This document shows positions 1 through 9,770 of a stretch of DNA of 25,146 nucleotides, in pieces (positions within the stretch are counted from its first letter, which is position 1; every line of letters starts with the position of its first letter). The stretch comes from an uncultured delta proteobacterium (GTDB lineage: Bacteria; Desulfobacterota; RBG-13-43-22). A program made the position numbers and the translations under genes. The notes under the pieces were generated by a model that saw only the letters and a program-made list of their open reading frames with translations, did no database searches and was not told where the DNA came from. The stretch is taken from positions 1 through 25,146 of the forward strand of contig CAWDKY010000045.1 in assembly GCA_963802945.1 (NCBI GenBank). The letters run 5' to 3'.

Positions 1-1141
1 TTGCAGGTTCCTTCAGATAAAGTATAAGGTTCTCCTGAAAACACCATTGCAGCGTTCCTGGCAGCCTGTGTGTGATCATTGTTTTTCCTGATAACCTCTG
101 TGAAATCCACACCGTTATACGTATTCCAGAACAGAACAGGGGCGCTGCTCACTTCCGGGTGCCTTTTTATGAAATCGAGCATGGCCGCCATCGTTTTAGC
201 CGTATAAGTGAGGTCCAACTTGATGCCTTCGGTCTGCCCCACCAAGCCCAGCGCCTCCTCCCCTTCCCGGGTGATGGCCCCGTATTCCGCTCCAAAAAAA
301 TCATGAGTGACCAGTATGTCATCCATCGTGAATTTGAGCGGGGCCACGTTCTTGTCATACTTCCTCATGAGGGACACCATGCGATTAGCCAGGCGTATGG
401 TTTTATGCGGATCTGTGACCCATTCCATGGCTACGCGCACTCCGACCACCTTGGTCTTCATACCCGACAACCTCGTACCCAGCATAAGTCCAGCCAACGT
501 TCCCTTGGAACCAAGGGCGCAAAAGATATATTCCGGCTCTGGCGGTCTTCTATCTCGTCTATTTGCTTCTTTAGCTCAAGCGCTGCATTGACATAGCCGA
601 GGCTTCCTAACGTCGATGAGCCTCCGGGAGGTATGAAATACACCTTCCCATGCCTCAAGTAAATACCGGCTGTTTGCAGGCCTCCTTTAATGTTAGTCGG
701 TGCAAAATGGATCTTTGCCCCGAAATAGTGATCGAGGAGAAGGTTCTCCTGCACGTGGTCTGTCAACGGCTGGCGGATGAGCACCAGTGACGTCTTCAGG
801 CCCAGCCGTCGGGCTTGGATGGTGGTGGCCAGTCCGTGATTAGTGCCGATTCCTCCGTATGTGATGACCCATTTACTACCTCGACGCAGGGCATCAGCCA
901 GTATGAATTCCAATTTACGTACTTTGTTACCACCATAGATGTCGGACGACCTGTCGTCGCACTTGATCCAGAGATTGTCGTGACCAATAAATTTTCCCAA
1001 ATTATCCATTTTGGCAACAGGTGTAGGCAAGGTGGCTAAAGACACCCAGGGTACATGCTTTTCAAGCCCACCGTACTTTTCAAACAAAGGTAATTTCAGT
1101 GCCTTATTCCCGAGATTCATCATATGGGGATTATCCTTCAT
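1..1141 (-). pseudogene. D-cysteine desulfhydrase / ACC deaminase family PLP-dependent enzyme, frameshifted, 3' end runs off the window
   Basis: ORF 458..1141 has PTP, LWIKCDD, GGNKVRKLEF (PLP lysine), GGIGTNH and IPPGGSS..G..GY. After a shift at ~553 another frame continues PPEPEYIFCALGSKGTLAGL...FFGAEYG...EGIKLDLTYTAK...VLFWNTYN. A second shift is possible at the (TG)4 run 67-74. True start may be ATG 1123 or 1120. Confidence 0.85.
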
Positions 1142-1536
1142 TCATATTTAATGGTTATCCTACTAGGCATCATACTATTAGTTTCTCTTATGCGTCGGTA
1201 AGCGTGGCATCGGTCAATTTGGTAGGGTTGGCTACCAGCGATGCTGAAAGACGGGTTACCTTACTGATCTGGCCTTGGTATGGGTCATATTATACATATT
1301 TTTGGGATTAGCAAATAATGGGATTTATGCTTCAAATGGGATCATTCTTTTAGATGTGTTTTCCCTAAATTACCCTTTGAACTCTTCCATTTTTTGGTTT
1401 ATAGGATACTGCCAAGTATAAAGAAGAATTGTATGAAAAGCGGGGACTCTATTTCAAATAAATTCTATTTTGGCTAAGAAATAGTAAAGTATCTCCCGAT
1501 TAATTTCGCATAATTGATAAAAAGTTTGGCCAATAA

Positions 1537-2844
1537 TCAGTCTTTTTTCTCTCCAACCAGATGCTTGGAGAGTCGCTTACCCAGCCCGATGATGGTATTT
1601 GTTGGTGGCAATCCCCATGCTTCCGGTATAACGGAACAATCGCAAACATAAAGGTTATCATACTTGGTTTTCAGATTCGAATCGACAATATCTCCGATTT
1701 TCGCGGAACCTCCTGGATGGGAAGCCAGGTAACTTGTTTTAAATATCCCTTTCGCTCCCGCATTTTTCAATATCTCTTTGGCTCGTTCATATCCTCTATG
1801 AAGTTTCTGCTTTTCTTTTTTATTCAGGATCTTCCTAACACCTCCACTGTCCGTTATACTGCCTCCCAGCTCATCTTTGGCTTTAATCATGATCTGCAGT
1901 GTTTTTTCCCGTGAAAAAACCTTATCCGGTCTGAAGGCAACGGCTGCCAATGCTGCCGATATAGCAAAGGGATGGGACATGTCGGTCATCATGTAGCCTT
2001 CATCTTCCAGGTGAATCCCACATGACATCGGGATTTCACTTAATGGGACCTCCAAGTCTTTTATATATCCCCGTACGCTGATCAGCGGGTCGAAAAAGAA
2101 ATTATAACCCGCTCCTTTGATACCGCTGGCTCGCAGGATAACAGGCGAACCAATACCTCCGGCAGATATTACTATAGTCGGGGCAAAAACCTTAAAAATC
2201 TTTCCCTTTTTTCTATATTCAACGCCAATAGCACTTTTTCCTTCAAAAATCACCTTCGTGACTTTAGCCCTCTCGATCAGCACTCCACCATGGGCGAGGG
2301 CCTCGTCTATGTACATTCTTGCGCTCCATTTCACACCGTATGGATCTCCAAAATGGCCAAAGGGAAAATTCGGATTCCAGCGGTCTTGGGATATAAATTT
2401 ATCTAGCTTACGCCAGTTATAACCAAGATCCTGAGCGCTCTCCATAATCCGTCTCGACATCGGGCCTATGATTTCGTCTTTAAGCGGTGCTACCGGGAGT
2501 TCATTTCGGATTTCTTCCGCTCCCCCTGGTTAGGTCAATACCGTGGCGCTCGAGGGACTCGAAGGGCACAGGAAAACACGTTGCATAGTAATAAACGGTG
2601 CTTCCTCCTGTTGTGATGCCCCTCACCACTCCCAGTAACTGTCTGGTTAAAAGCATACTCTTACCCGGAAAAAGTAAAGTCTTGGCCCCGTACCAGAAAC
2701 TGCCTGTTAAAGGATCATTATCCCCCCCACTCTAAAAATGAGCACCTCCTTTTTTCTCAAAGTCAATTCTTTGGCAACTGTAGCTCCACCCGGTCCAGAG
2801 CCCACTACAATGAACTCGGTATCTGTTTCTCTTTTTTTGTTCAT
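1537..2844 (-). pseudogene. GMC-family FAD-dependent oxidoreductase, frameshifted in its 5' part
   Basis: ATG at 2844 gives MNKKRETDTEFIVVGSGPGGATVAKEL (Rossmann GxGxxG). A middle frame reads ...DNDPLTGSFWYG...GITTGGST...; ORF 1537..2460 has ISAGGIGSPVIL, SHPGGSA and NLYVCDCSVIP..WGLPP. The frames join only by removing single bases at A5 (2734-2738), C7 (2722-2728) and C5 (2522-2526). Confidence 0.85.
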
Positions 2845-3364
2845 CTTTCCCTCTCCACGATAAAATTATCCAAAATAAAAAAACCTCACTACTCAACTGA
2901 GAAATGGGATCTTTGAATCTTCGTCAGATAACCTCTTTAAAGGGTCCAAGGCAAAAAAAACTCCGATATTTGAAAACATATTATTTTTATCGGAACCATG
3001 TCAAGATTTATAGCTCTGACAGCCTTTAGCTAACGATTATCGATGAAGTCTTGTGTTTTCCCAGAAAAGCATTACGAAAAATTTCAGGAAGAACTATTCT
3101 AAATTCCTTGAAAATTTGTCTTTACCGGTTTTTTGCTTAAGCAAGTATTTAACTTGCTGATTACTATATGAACTTACTCAACCATTCCAACAAAAAAATG
3201 AGCTGGCTCAAAACGTCATTTCAATAGATGGATAAGGATTGAGGTCATCCTGATTTTCTTTTTGACGAAGCCCTCTGGAGTAGAGTAGGTGTCAAGCTTG
3301 TTGCGGCTTATGGTCAAGATGGATTTTAGAGCCTGGCCATCGAGAGCCTGCCAATTTCGAATTT

Positions 3365-4780
3365 CTATTCTTCGTGTCCCGTTATCTCCCTCGTCCGTTC
3401 TTTCCAGTTAACTCCCTTTTTTTTCAGCCAATTCACTCGCAGGAAATAATAGATGGTAAAGAGTAGGGTGAGCCCGATCAGGAGCCCAAGTATCAAGGCC
3501 GTATTCTTATAGTCCAGCATCACTAGCACGACAAACGGAAGGCTTGTGACGGCAGTAATTATGGCCAGGATAATAAGCCAGGTCCTGGGGATCCGGATGT
3601 AGGCCCTATTGTATTCTGCAAGGTACCTGGTGGGCAGGTTGATAACTGCAAATGCGCCTATAACGGTCATGAGAAGGATGCCAACTGCAGCCATGACGCC
3701 ATAGAAATCTAGATCTATATTTATAAATTGAAGACAAAGCAAAATAAATACAATTAAGAAGTAAAGACCGATGGCGCGCAAAGGCGTTAGTGTCCTTGGG
3801 CTGACCTTACCGATACCTGAAGGCAGCAGGTCATCGCACGCCTGAGACAATATTTCACGCGGTAACGCTATTGCGCCAGCATTGAGGGCGGTCAACGCTG
3901 CAAAAAACGCTCCGAAACCAAGGAAGGCTACCAATCCCTCGGGCAAAAATGTCCTGGCCGAGTCCAGGAGAGGGGCTTTCATTTTCATTAAGGCTTCATA
4001 GTTATATGGCATTGAAGCTGTGAAGACTACCCCGACAAAAATATAGATAACCAACACGATTATTCCACCAATGACCATGGCGAGCGGTATGTTCCGTTTC
4101 GGGTTTTTCATTTCCTCGCCCATTTCGGCAATAACCTGGAAGCCCATGCAGGCGCTATAACACAGGACCACGGCCAGCACCATTCCGCTTATACCTTTAG
4201 GGGAGAAGAAAGATAGTCGGATTGGGTGGGTGACTACGAATAGGCCGGCTGCGACAAATAGAATGAGGGCGAGAACCTTGAGGATGACCATGATTATTTG
4301 CACCCAGTTGGCAAGTTGAAGCTTAAAAAGGTAAAGCCCCATAAACAGGATGGGGATTATGAGCGACAGAATCTTAATTTCTAATGCCTTATCGATGCCC
4401 CAAGCCCAGTAAGCTGCCACATTGCCGGCGAAGCCGATGCAAACAAAGCATGTCGAGCACGCCCCGCCAACGATGGCCCATAATGAGGTAATACTTCCCC
4501 AATATGGATTGGAAAGTCGGCTGGTAACGAGGTAGGCCAAACCCGCTCGCGGTATGGCACTAGCACCTTGGATTATCGGAATCACCCCTACGGCAGAGAT
4601 AATGATTGCAATCGTGAAAGCCAGCCACATGGCGTTACCCGCATTGGCAGTAATCGGGGCAAGCAGTGCAAATATACCCATGCCGATGATACTGCCCACG
4701 ACAAGGGCTATTCCTCCACCCAGGCCGAAAGCCCTGCCGAGTTTGACTTCTCCGGAATGCCCGGATTTGACTTGTGCCAT
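3365..4780 (-). CDS. APC-family amino acid permease
   Basis: 471 aa, about 12 hydrophobic segments, GSIIGMGIF in TM1, GEEMKNPKRNIP motif; AAGGAGG RBS upstream. Confidence 0.92.
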   Translation of the reverse strand: MAQVKSGHSGEVKLGRAFGLGGGIALVVGSIIGMGIFALLAPITANAGNAMWLAFTIAIIISAVGVIPIIQGASAIPRAGLAYLVTSRLSNPYWGSITSLWAIVGGACSTCFVCIGFAGNVAAYWAWGIDKALEIKILSLIIPILFMGLYLFKLQLANWVQIIMVILKVLALILFVAAGLFVVTHPIRLSFFSPKGISGMVLAVVLCYSACMGFQVIAEMGEEMKNPKRNIPLAMVIGGIIVLVIYIFVGVVFTASMPYNYEALMKMKAPLLDSARTFLPEGLVAFLGFGAFFAALTALNAGAIALPREILSQACDDLLPSGIGKVSPRTLTPLRAIGLYFLIVFILLCLQFINIDLDFYGVMAAVGILLMTVIGAFAVINLPTRYLAEYNRAYIRIPRTWLIILAIITAVTSLPFVVLVMLDYKNTALILGLLIGLTLLFTIYYFLRVNWLKKKGVNWKERTREITGHEE

Positions 4781-5023
4781 GTTATTTCAGTCCTCCTTAT
4801 TTAATGAAGTATCATCTCCTTTTTTTGGTTATGGCCGCCTCCTTCCTTTGGGCTAACTCAGAACTTATTCCATGGTCCAATTTTTGGGGACCACCTGAAT
4901 GATCTTTAGAAATATTTTTAAAAATATATTGTATGGGTTATTCTTTTACAGCTCCTAATCTCACCAAAAGTCATTCCAAGCCAGACTACATTCTAGGGTC
5001 TTGATTTTAAGGATTGCCCTTCA

Positions 5024-6193
5024 CTATTTAATAACTACTTCCGGATCACCCCAGGTAAGTCCCCTTAATCCTGCTGATTTAATTCCGATTGTCTGCTGAG
5101 TGCAACATTCCGAACAACAAAGGCAACTAATACACCTTTCTCTTATAAATACAGGGTATTGCTTAGCCTGCCATTCAATGGCCCCTGCCGGGCAAATGTT
5201 AAAACAGTCGCCGCACTTAATACATTTTTTCTGTTCCAGGATCGGCATCTTTCGGATGATTTTATAAAAGAAATGACCCGATACGAAACTGAGAACTCTG
5301 GAAATCCCAGGTTTCGTAATCTTAAAGGGTTTTTTCAAACGCACTTCCTCGATAGCCTTTCCCACGATTTCTATCTGCTTTAGATCACAAATACCAAGCT
5401 TACGCTCCTGACAGGCTTTAAGGTGAGGAACATCATTAACAGCATCACAACCTCCTATCTCCAACATCACTACATCCACGGCCACCTCATCGGTGCCCCC
5501 AAGAATCAGATCGGTCTCCCGCATAGTTCCGGCCGCCGGTCCTCCCAGCCCTTCCATTATCCATCGGGCGTCCATCAAAGTAATTCGCCTTTTCTTTTTT
5601 TGATCCAAGGTCTGAAAATTGTCCACAAGCACATTGCCGAAGGCCTCCGGATTTTTTCCATAGAGGTGAGACAGCGCTTTTTCGCCCCCAGGAATGATGC
5701 CCCAATAATTTTTAACCGCACCGGTATAGGCGGCTTCACCATGGGATTTGGGTCGTGGTAAGTTCACAATGATATCAGCTTCCAAAACCGGTTGGGCCAT
5801 ATAATATTCACTCATAAGTTTTGCTTCCGAATTTTGAACTTTGACCGCACTGCCGCCTTCAAATTCCACATAGGCAACATTTTCCCCTTCTAAAAAAGGT
5901 TCTATCCCGATTGATTTGAGAATATTTTTCCCTTTGGCCCGAAATTGTCCTGGCGAATCTCCGATAGAGAGTTTTTGATTGAATTTTTTAAATACAAGGA
6001 CTACCGCCTGGATAAAATCATTTTCAGTACAGGCATTTTTTCGATTTAACAACAAATTTGGCTTTAAAAGGATCCGATCTTCCTGTCTGATTAATTGGTC
6101 GGCCTGAATGAGGCGGAACACCTCAGACACTGCTGCCGAAAGGTTCGGATGCTCACTTGGTTTGACGATGGCTACTCTTGTCTTTTTTGGCAT
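5024..6193 (-). CDS. DUF362-domain protein with C-terminal 2x[4Fe-4S] ferredoxin domain
   Basis: ILLKPN, GDSPG, NLPRPKSH, TGAVKNYWG and AVD motifs; C-terminal CIKCGDCFNICP and CISCLCCSECC. Confidence 0.88.
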   Translation of the reverse strand: MPKKTRVAIVKPSEHPNLSAAVSEVFRLIQADQLIRQEDRILLKPNLLLNRKNACTENDFIQAVVLVFKKFNQKLSIGDSPGQFRAKGKNILKSIGIEPFLEGENVAYVEFEGGSAVKVQNSEAKLMSEYYMAQPVLEADIIVNLPRPKSHGEAAYTGAVKNYWGIIPGGEKALSHLYGKNPEAFGNVLVDNFQTLDQKKKRRITLMDARWIMEGLGGPAAGTMRETDLILGGTDEVAVDVVMLEIGGCDAVNDVPHLKACQERKLGICDLKQIEIVGKAIEEVRLKKPFKITKPGISRVLSFVSGHFFYKIIRKMPILEQKKCIKCGDCFNICPAGAIEWQAKQYPVFIRERCISCLCCSECCTQQTIGIKSAGLRGLTWGDPEVVIK

Positions 6194-6346
6194 GGTTTCT
6201 TCTCCTAAAAAATTAGATGAAATAGTTCACGGGCCTTCGATCTACTGTATTTTTGATACCTTCTCTCAGACCAAAAATTAAACCTTCTCCATCTCTCTGG
6301 CTAAGGCCCATGCGGCTCTTGTTTCGGTTTATGTAAAACAGTTTGG

Positions 6347-6880
6347 TTATATGTGTGATGCTATGATTGTGGGTGTGGGAACATCGCTGATGTTCTCTCC
6401 ATAATAGGCGTATTTGATCATTCTGTCCGGGGTAACGATGAAAACGGCAGGCAACTGGGTTTCCTTGCCTTCGAATTTTCCATGCCTGTAGCCCTTAAGG
6501 GTCGCATTGATGGCTGCGATCAGACCGGCTGGATACAGGTACTTGATGATGCCGCCCGCAGCTACGCGGTACTGCTGGAAGATGATCCCTTGCGGGTCGC
6601 AGATGATGGTGAAGGGCCAGTCTTCCTTGTTGGTCAGTCCTGCAACCGTGGCGGCCGAGCTTTGCAGGATGACGAAGAGTCGTGCCCCTTTCTGTTCGAT
6701 GAGGTCTATCTCGCGCTTGAAGCTTGTCATGTCCATCTGGGATATCGGGCAGCCCAGGTAACGCAGGAATATCAGCACGGACGACTTACCTGTAGAAATG
6801 TTATGGAAACCCAGTCCCTTTTCCCATGGGGTATCGAACTGAAAATCAGGCGCCTTATCACCATCTTTAAACCTTGTCAT
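6347..6880 (-). CDS. AhpC/TSA-like (peroxiredoxin-like) redoxin
   Basis: GDKAPDF start, FLRYLGCPIS, IICDP, QLPAVFIV, YYGENISDVP; AGGAGG RBS. Confidence 0.85.
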   Translation of the reverse strand: MTRFKDGDKAPDFQFDTPWEKGLGFHNISTGKSSVLIFLRYLGCPISQMDMTSFKREIDLIEQKGARLFVILQSSAATVAGLTNKEDWPFTIICDPQGIIFQQYRVAAGGIIKYLYPAGLIAAINATLKGYRHGKFEGKETQLPAVFIVTPDRMIKYAYYGENISDVPTPTIIASHI

Positions 6881-7004
6881 GACTTATTTACCTCCTGATA
6901 CTCACGGAATGCCGGTGTTTCTTGAGCTGAATAACTATCATAGCGATCCTCAATACGTTCCCGGGATCGTTAGACACGGCTTACCAAAAAATGCCCGTTA
7001 TTGT

Positions 7005-7095
7005 ATTTTTGAAAGAATTTGCTTTTCAATGGGAAGAGTATAAAAGGAAGAAAAAGACATAGTCAAGGAGAAAAATAGGGCGGAAGGCAAGGGGA
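7005..7095 (-). promoter_or_regulatory. Sigma70-type promoter module A (TTGACT-18-TATACT) upstream of the redoxin gene
   Basis: Minus-strand -35 at 7061-7066 and -10 at 7037-7042; flanks resemble modules B and C. Confidence 0.65.
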
Positions 7096-7290
7096 CGGAG
7101 GGATCTCTGGTTAGGCTGCAAAAGGTTTAAATCTCTTGCCGACTTGATAACGATTACCTTGAACTCTTCTATTTTATGTTAACTTAAAGTTTAAAGAGTT
7201 CAGGAAGAAAGTCAACATCAAACTTGAGGTGGTCCCCAAAAACTGGACAATGTGATAAGCTCTGAGTCAACCCAAAGAAAGGAGTTGACC

Positions 7291-7572
7291 ATGAGCAAGA
7301 AACGTAAACAACACCCACCCGAATTTAAAGCCAAAGTCGCCCTGGCGGCCCTAAAAAACGAGGCAACCGTCTCCGAATTGGCCACCCGTTTTGGCGTTCA
7401 CCCCACCATGATCACCAAATGGAAACAAGCCCTGGTGGAAGGGGCAGCAGAACTTTTCGACAAAGGCCAAAAGTCCCACCAAGATCAGGAAGCCCAAATC
7501 GACGAGTTGTATCGTCAGATCGGAAAGATTCAGGTGGAACGCGATTTTTTAGCCAAGAAGCTCAGTCTTTAA
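7291..7572 (+). CDS. IS3-family transposase OrfA (HTH)
   Basis: MSKKRKQHPPEFKAKVAL...TVSELATRFGVHPTMITKWK...LYRQIGKIQVERDFL; AAGGAG RBS before ATG 7291; slippery heptamer T TTT TTA at 7545-7551. Confidence 0.92.
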   Translation: MSKKRKQHPPEFKAKVALAALKNEATVSELATRFGVHPTMITKWKQALVEGAAELFDKGQKSHQDQEAQIDELYRQIGKIQVERDFLAKKLSL

Positions 7573-8426
7573 GCCGACAGCAACGAAAGCAAATGATCAA
7601 CTTTCAAGATTCCAAAGTGAGCGTCTCCCGGCAGTGCCGGCTGTTAGACCTCAGCCGGTCGTCGGTGTATTATAAACCGGTCGAACTAGCCCCGCAGGAC
7701 CTTGCCCTGATGCGCTTGATCGATGAGCAATATCTGAAGACGCCTTTCTACGGATCCCGCTCCATGACCCGACATTTGCGAAGACTGGGCTATCGCCTTA
7801 ACCGGAAGCATATTCAGCGGCTGATGCGTTTGATAGGTTTGGAGGCCATTTATCCCAAACCCAAGACCAGCCAGCCCCACCCGGAGCATAAAATCTATCC
7901 CTACTTGCTCCGGGATCTGGTCATTGACCATCCCAACCAGGTGTGGGCGGCAGACATCACCTATATCCCTATGGCCCGGGGCTTTATGTTTCTGGTGGCA
8001 GTCATGGACTGGTACAGTCGCAAAGTTTTATCCTTCAAGCTGTCCAATACCCTGGACACGGATTTCTGCCTGGAGGCAGTGGAAGAGGCGATTCGCATCT
8101 ATGGACCTCCAGAAATTTTCAACACGGATCAAGGAGCCCAATTTACCAGCCGGGCCTTCATCGGCTTATTAGAACAACACCAGATCCGCATCAGCATGGA
8201 CGGCCGAGGTCGGGTCCAGGACAACATCTTCATCGAACGGCTCTGGTGGACTACCAAGTATCAGTACCTGTATCTGCGGAGTTTCGACAACGGTTCCGCG
8301 CTGCGGGTTGGGCTGGAGGAGTGGTTCCGGTTCTACAACCAGGAACGCCCCCACCAAATGTTTGATATTCTAACCCCGGATGAGGTATATAATGGCTTAA
8401 CTGCTCCACTAATCCAGGCAGCCTGA
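7545..8426 (+). CDS. IS3-family transposase OrfB (DDE integrase core), -1 frame to OrfA
   Basis: SVSRQCRLLDLSRSSVYY, FYGSRSM, WAADITY, FNTDQGAQFTS, DNIFIER and YNQERPHQ. The frame is open from 7419; probably expressed as an OrfAB fusion via -1 frameshift. Confidence 0.93.
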   Translation, partial: FFSQEAQSLSRQQRKQMINFQDSKVSVSRQCRLLDLSRSSVYYKPVELAPQDLALMRLIDEQYLKTPFYGSRSMTRHLRRLGYRLNRKHIQRLMRLIGLEAIYPKPKTSQPHPEHKIYPYLLRDLVIDHPNQVWAADITYIPMARGFMFLVAVMDWYSRKVLSFKLSNTLDTDFCLEAVEEAIRIYGPPEIFNTDQGAQFTSRAFIGLLEQHQIRISMDGRGRVQDNIFIERLWWTTKYQYLYLRSFDNGSALRVGLEEWFRFYNQERPHQMFDILTPDEVYNGLTAPLIQAA

Positions 8427-8634
8427 GGCCTGTAATAAAAACAAGACTCAAAGCTTATTCACATGTTCAGGTTGTCCAACTACTGGGGTCCACCCCCACT
8501 TTGACCATGCCTGTATAGTAAAATCCTGACTTTCACAAAAGAACAAAGTCAAGAGCAAACTTGATCCCTTTTAGAGGAACAATAGGATTTTAACCTGAGA
8601 CGGGATATAGGGTAAAACCTGGAGTTTATAAAAC

Positions 8635-8663
8635 GGCAGGGATGGATTTAGGCCATCCCTGCC
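8635..8663 (-). terminator. Intrinsic terminator of the 3-hydroxyacyl-CoA dehydrogenase gene
   Basis: Perfect 11-bp stem GGCAGGGATGG/CCATCCCTGCC with 7-nt loop, followed on the minus strand by GTTTTAT, ~22 nt after the stop. Confidence 0.75.
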
Positions 8664-8685
8664 AAGGAAATTACTTTATGCTTTC

Positions 8686-9558
8686 TTATTTCTTGGTGTA
8701 GTCATACCAACCTTTTCCGGTTTTCTGCCCATAATTTCCCTTAACGTATTTTTCGGTTACGCTTGGGCCGGGAAGGTCGGCCGGATCTCCGCTTTTCTTA
8801 AACCGCTCCGTAGCCATGATATAGGCGAGGTCGATACCCGTCAGATCCATAAGACGGAAAGGCCCCATGGGATGACCTGCACCATAGACGCAAGCCTTGT
8901 CAATATCTTCAGCCGTGGCAATGCCCATTTCCAGCATCCACAAGGCCTCTTTACTGATTACCCCGAAAATTCGATTCAATAAAAATCCATCGACTTCCTT
9001 TTTAATCAACACAGGGACCTTTTCCAATTTGGTAGAAAGGTCCATGGTGATCTGGGCGGTTTCATCCGAGACATGAGGCCCTTTGACTACTTCGACGAGT
9101 TTCATCACCAGAGCCGGATTGAAAAAGTGCATATTCACGACTTTGTCCGGCCTTTTGGTGGCATCGGCAATACGGGAGCTGACGATGGCCGAACTGTTCG
9201 TGGCCAGGATAGCATGGGAGGGGGTCAATCGGTCGAGATCGGCAAAGACTTTTCTTTTGATATCCAGTACTTCTATGGCGGCTTCGATGACATAGTCAGC
9301 ATTTTTAGCCGCTTCTTCCAGACTGGAGGGAAAAGAAATATTTTTTCGGGCTGCTTCAGCCTGCTCTTTGGTTAATCTTCCTTTCTCCACGCGTCCGGGC
9401 AAGTAGGTATCCGCAAATTTTTCCGCCTTCTTCAAAACTTCCGGTATCACATCGGTACAAGTGGTCTTATACCCATAAATGGCACAAAGAAGGGCAATCT
9501 GATGGCCCATGTTACCGGCCCCAACAACACATACATTTTTAATGTCGTTCACGTTCAT
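8686..9558 (-). CDS. hbd: 3-hydroxyacyl-CoA (3-hydroxybutyryl-CoA) dehydrogenase
   Basis: VVGAGNMGHQIA, VIEAAIE, ILATNSS, MHFFNPA, GFLLNRI, GHPMGPF and YGQKTGKGWY. Exact substrate (Hbd vs PaaH-like) not resolvable. Confidence 0.9.
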   Translation of the reverse strand: MNVNDIKNVCVVGAGNMGHQIALLCAIYGYKTTCTDVIPEVLKKAEKFADTYLPGRVEKGRLTKEQAEAARKNISFPSSLEEAAKNADYVIEAAIEVLDIKRKVFADLDRLTPSHAILATNSSAIVSSRIADATKRPDKVVNMHFFNPALVMKLVEVVKGPHVSDETAQITMDLSTKLEKVPVLIKKEVDGFLLNRIFGVISKEALWMLEMGIATAEDIDKACVYGAGHPMGPFRLMDLTGIDLAYIMATERFKKSGDPADLPGPSVTEKYVKGNYGQKTGKGWYDYTKK

Positions 9559-9613
9559 AATTTTTCTCCTTTTCTAAGATGGAATAGGGTAAGTGGGTTA
9601 GTTTTAGATGGCT

Positions 9614-9642
9614 AGTATAGTCTCTCCAACTCATCTTTACAA
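9614..9642 (-). promoter_or_regulatory. Proximal sigma70-type promoter of hbd (TTGTAA-17-TATACT)
   Basis: Minus-strand -35 at 9637-9642 and -10 at 9614-9619, ~55 nt before the ATG. Confidence 0.55.
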
Positions 9643-9655
9643 TTTTTTTACTTCC

Positions 9656-9770
9656 GTCATTTCCGTTAAGACGGAAATCCAGATAATAAAGGCCGGATTC
9701 CCATGTATCAAGTACGGGGCAAGCTTATCAAGCTTGCACTCGAAGGTCGCAAGCGAGGGTTCGGAATGAC
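9656..9770. repeat. REP-like nested palindromic element (GTCATT(T)CCG...CGGAATGAC type)
   Basis: Ends GTCATTTCCG/CGGAATGAC; inner palindromes ATTTCCGT-taag-ACGGAAAT and AAGCTT-atc-AAGCTT; a degenerate half copy at ~9816-9839. Confidence 0.7.

Larger units (their letters stand above)
7225..8497 (+). mobile_element. IS3-family insertion sequence, ~1273 bp
   Basis: IRL TGAGGTGGTCCCCAAAAACTGGACAA (7225-7250) matches the reverse complement of the right end, GGGGGTGGACCCCAGTAGTTGGACAA (8472-8497). Direct repeat ACT at 7222-7224 and 8498-8500. Overlapping orfA/orfB; visibly more GC-rich than flanks. Right end uncertain by 1 bp. Confidence 0.93.

Noticed and set aside
72-596. Plus-strand 174-aa ORF and the many other antisense or overlapping ORFs in the track (e.g. 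1561..1914, 6482..6898, 7943..8365, 16624..17184, 17367..17795)
   Set aside because: Shadows of well-supported genes on the opposite strand or in another frame; no motifs or RBS.
4790-4845. Three stacked AAGGAG(G) motifs in the APC permease leader (possible CsrA sites or leader peptide)
   Set aside because: No convincing mini-ORF or GGA hairpin loops; cannot be separated from purine-rich background.
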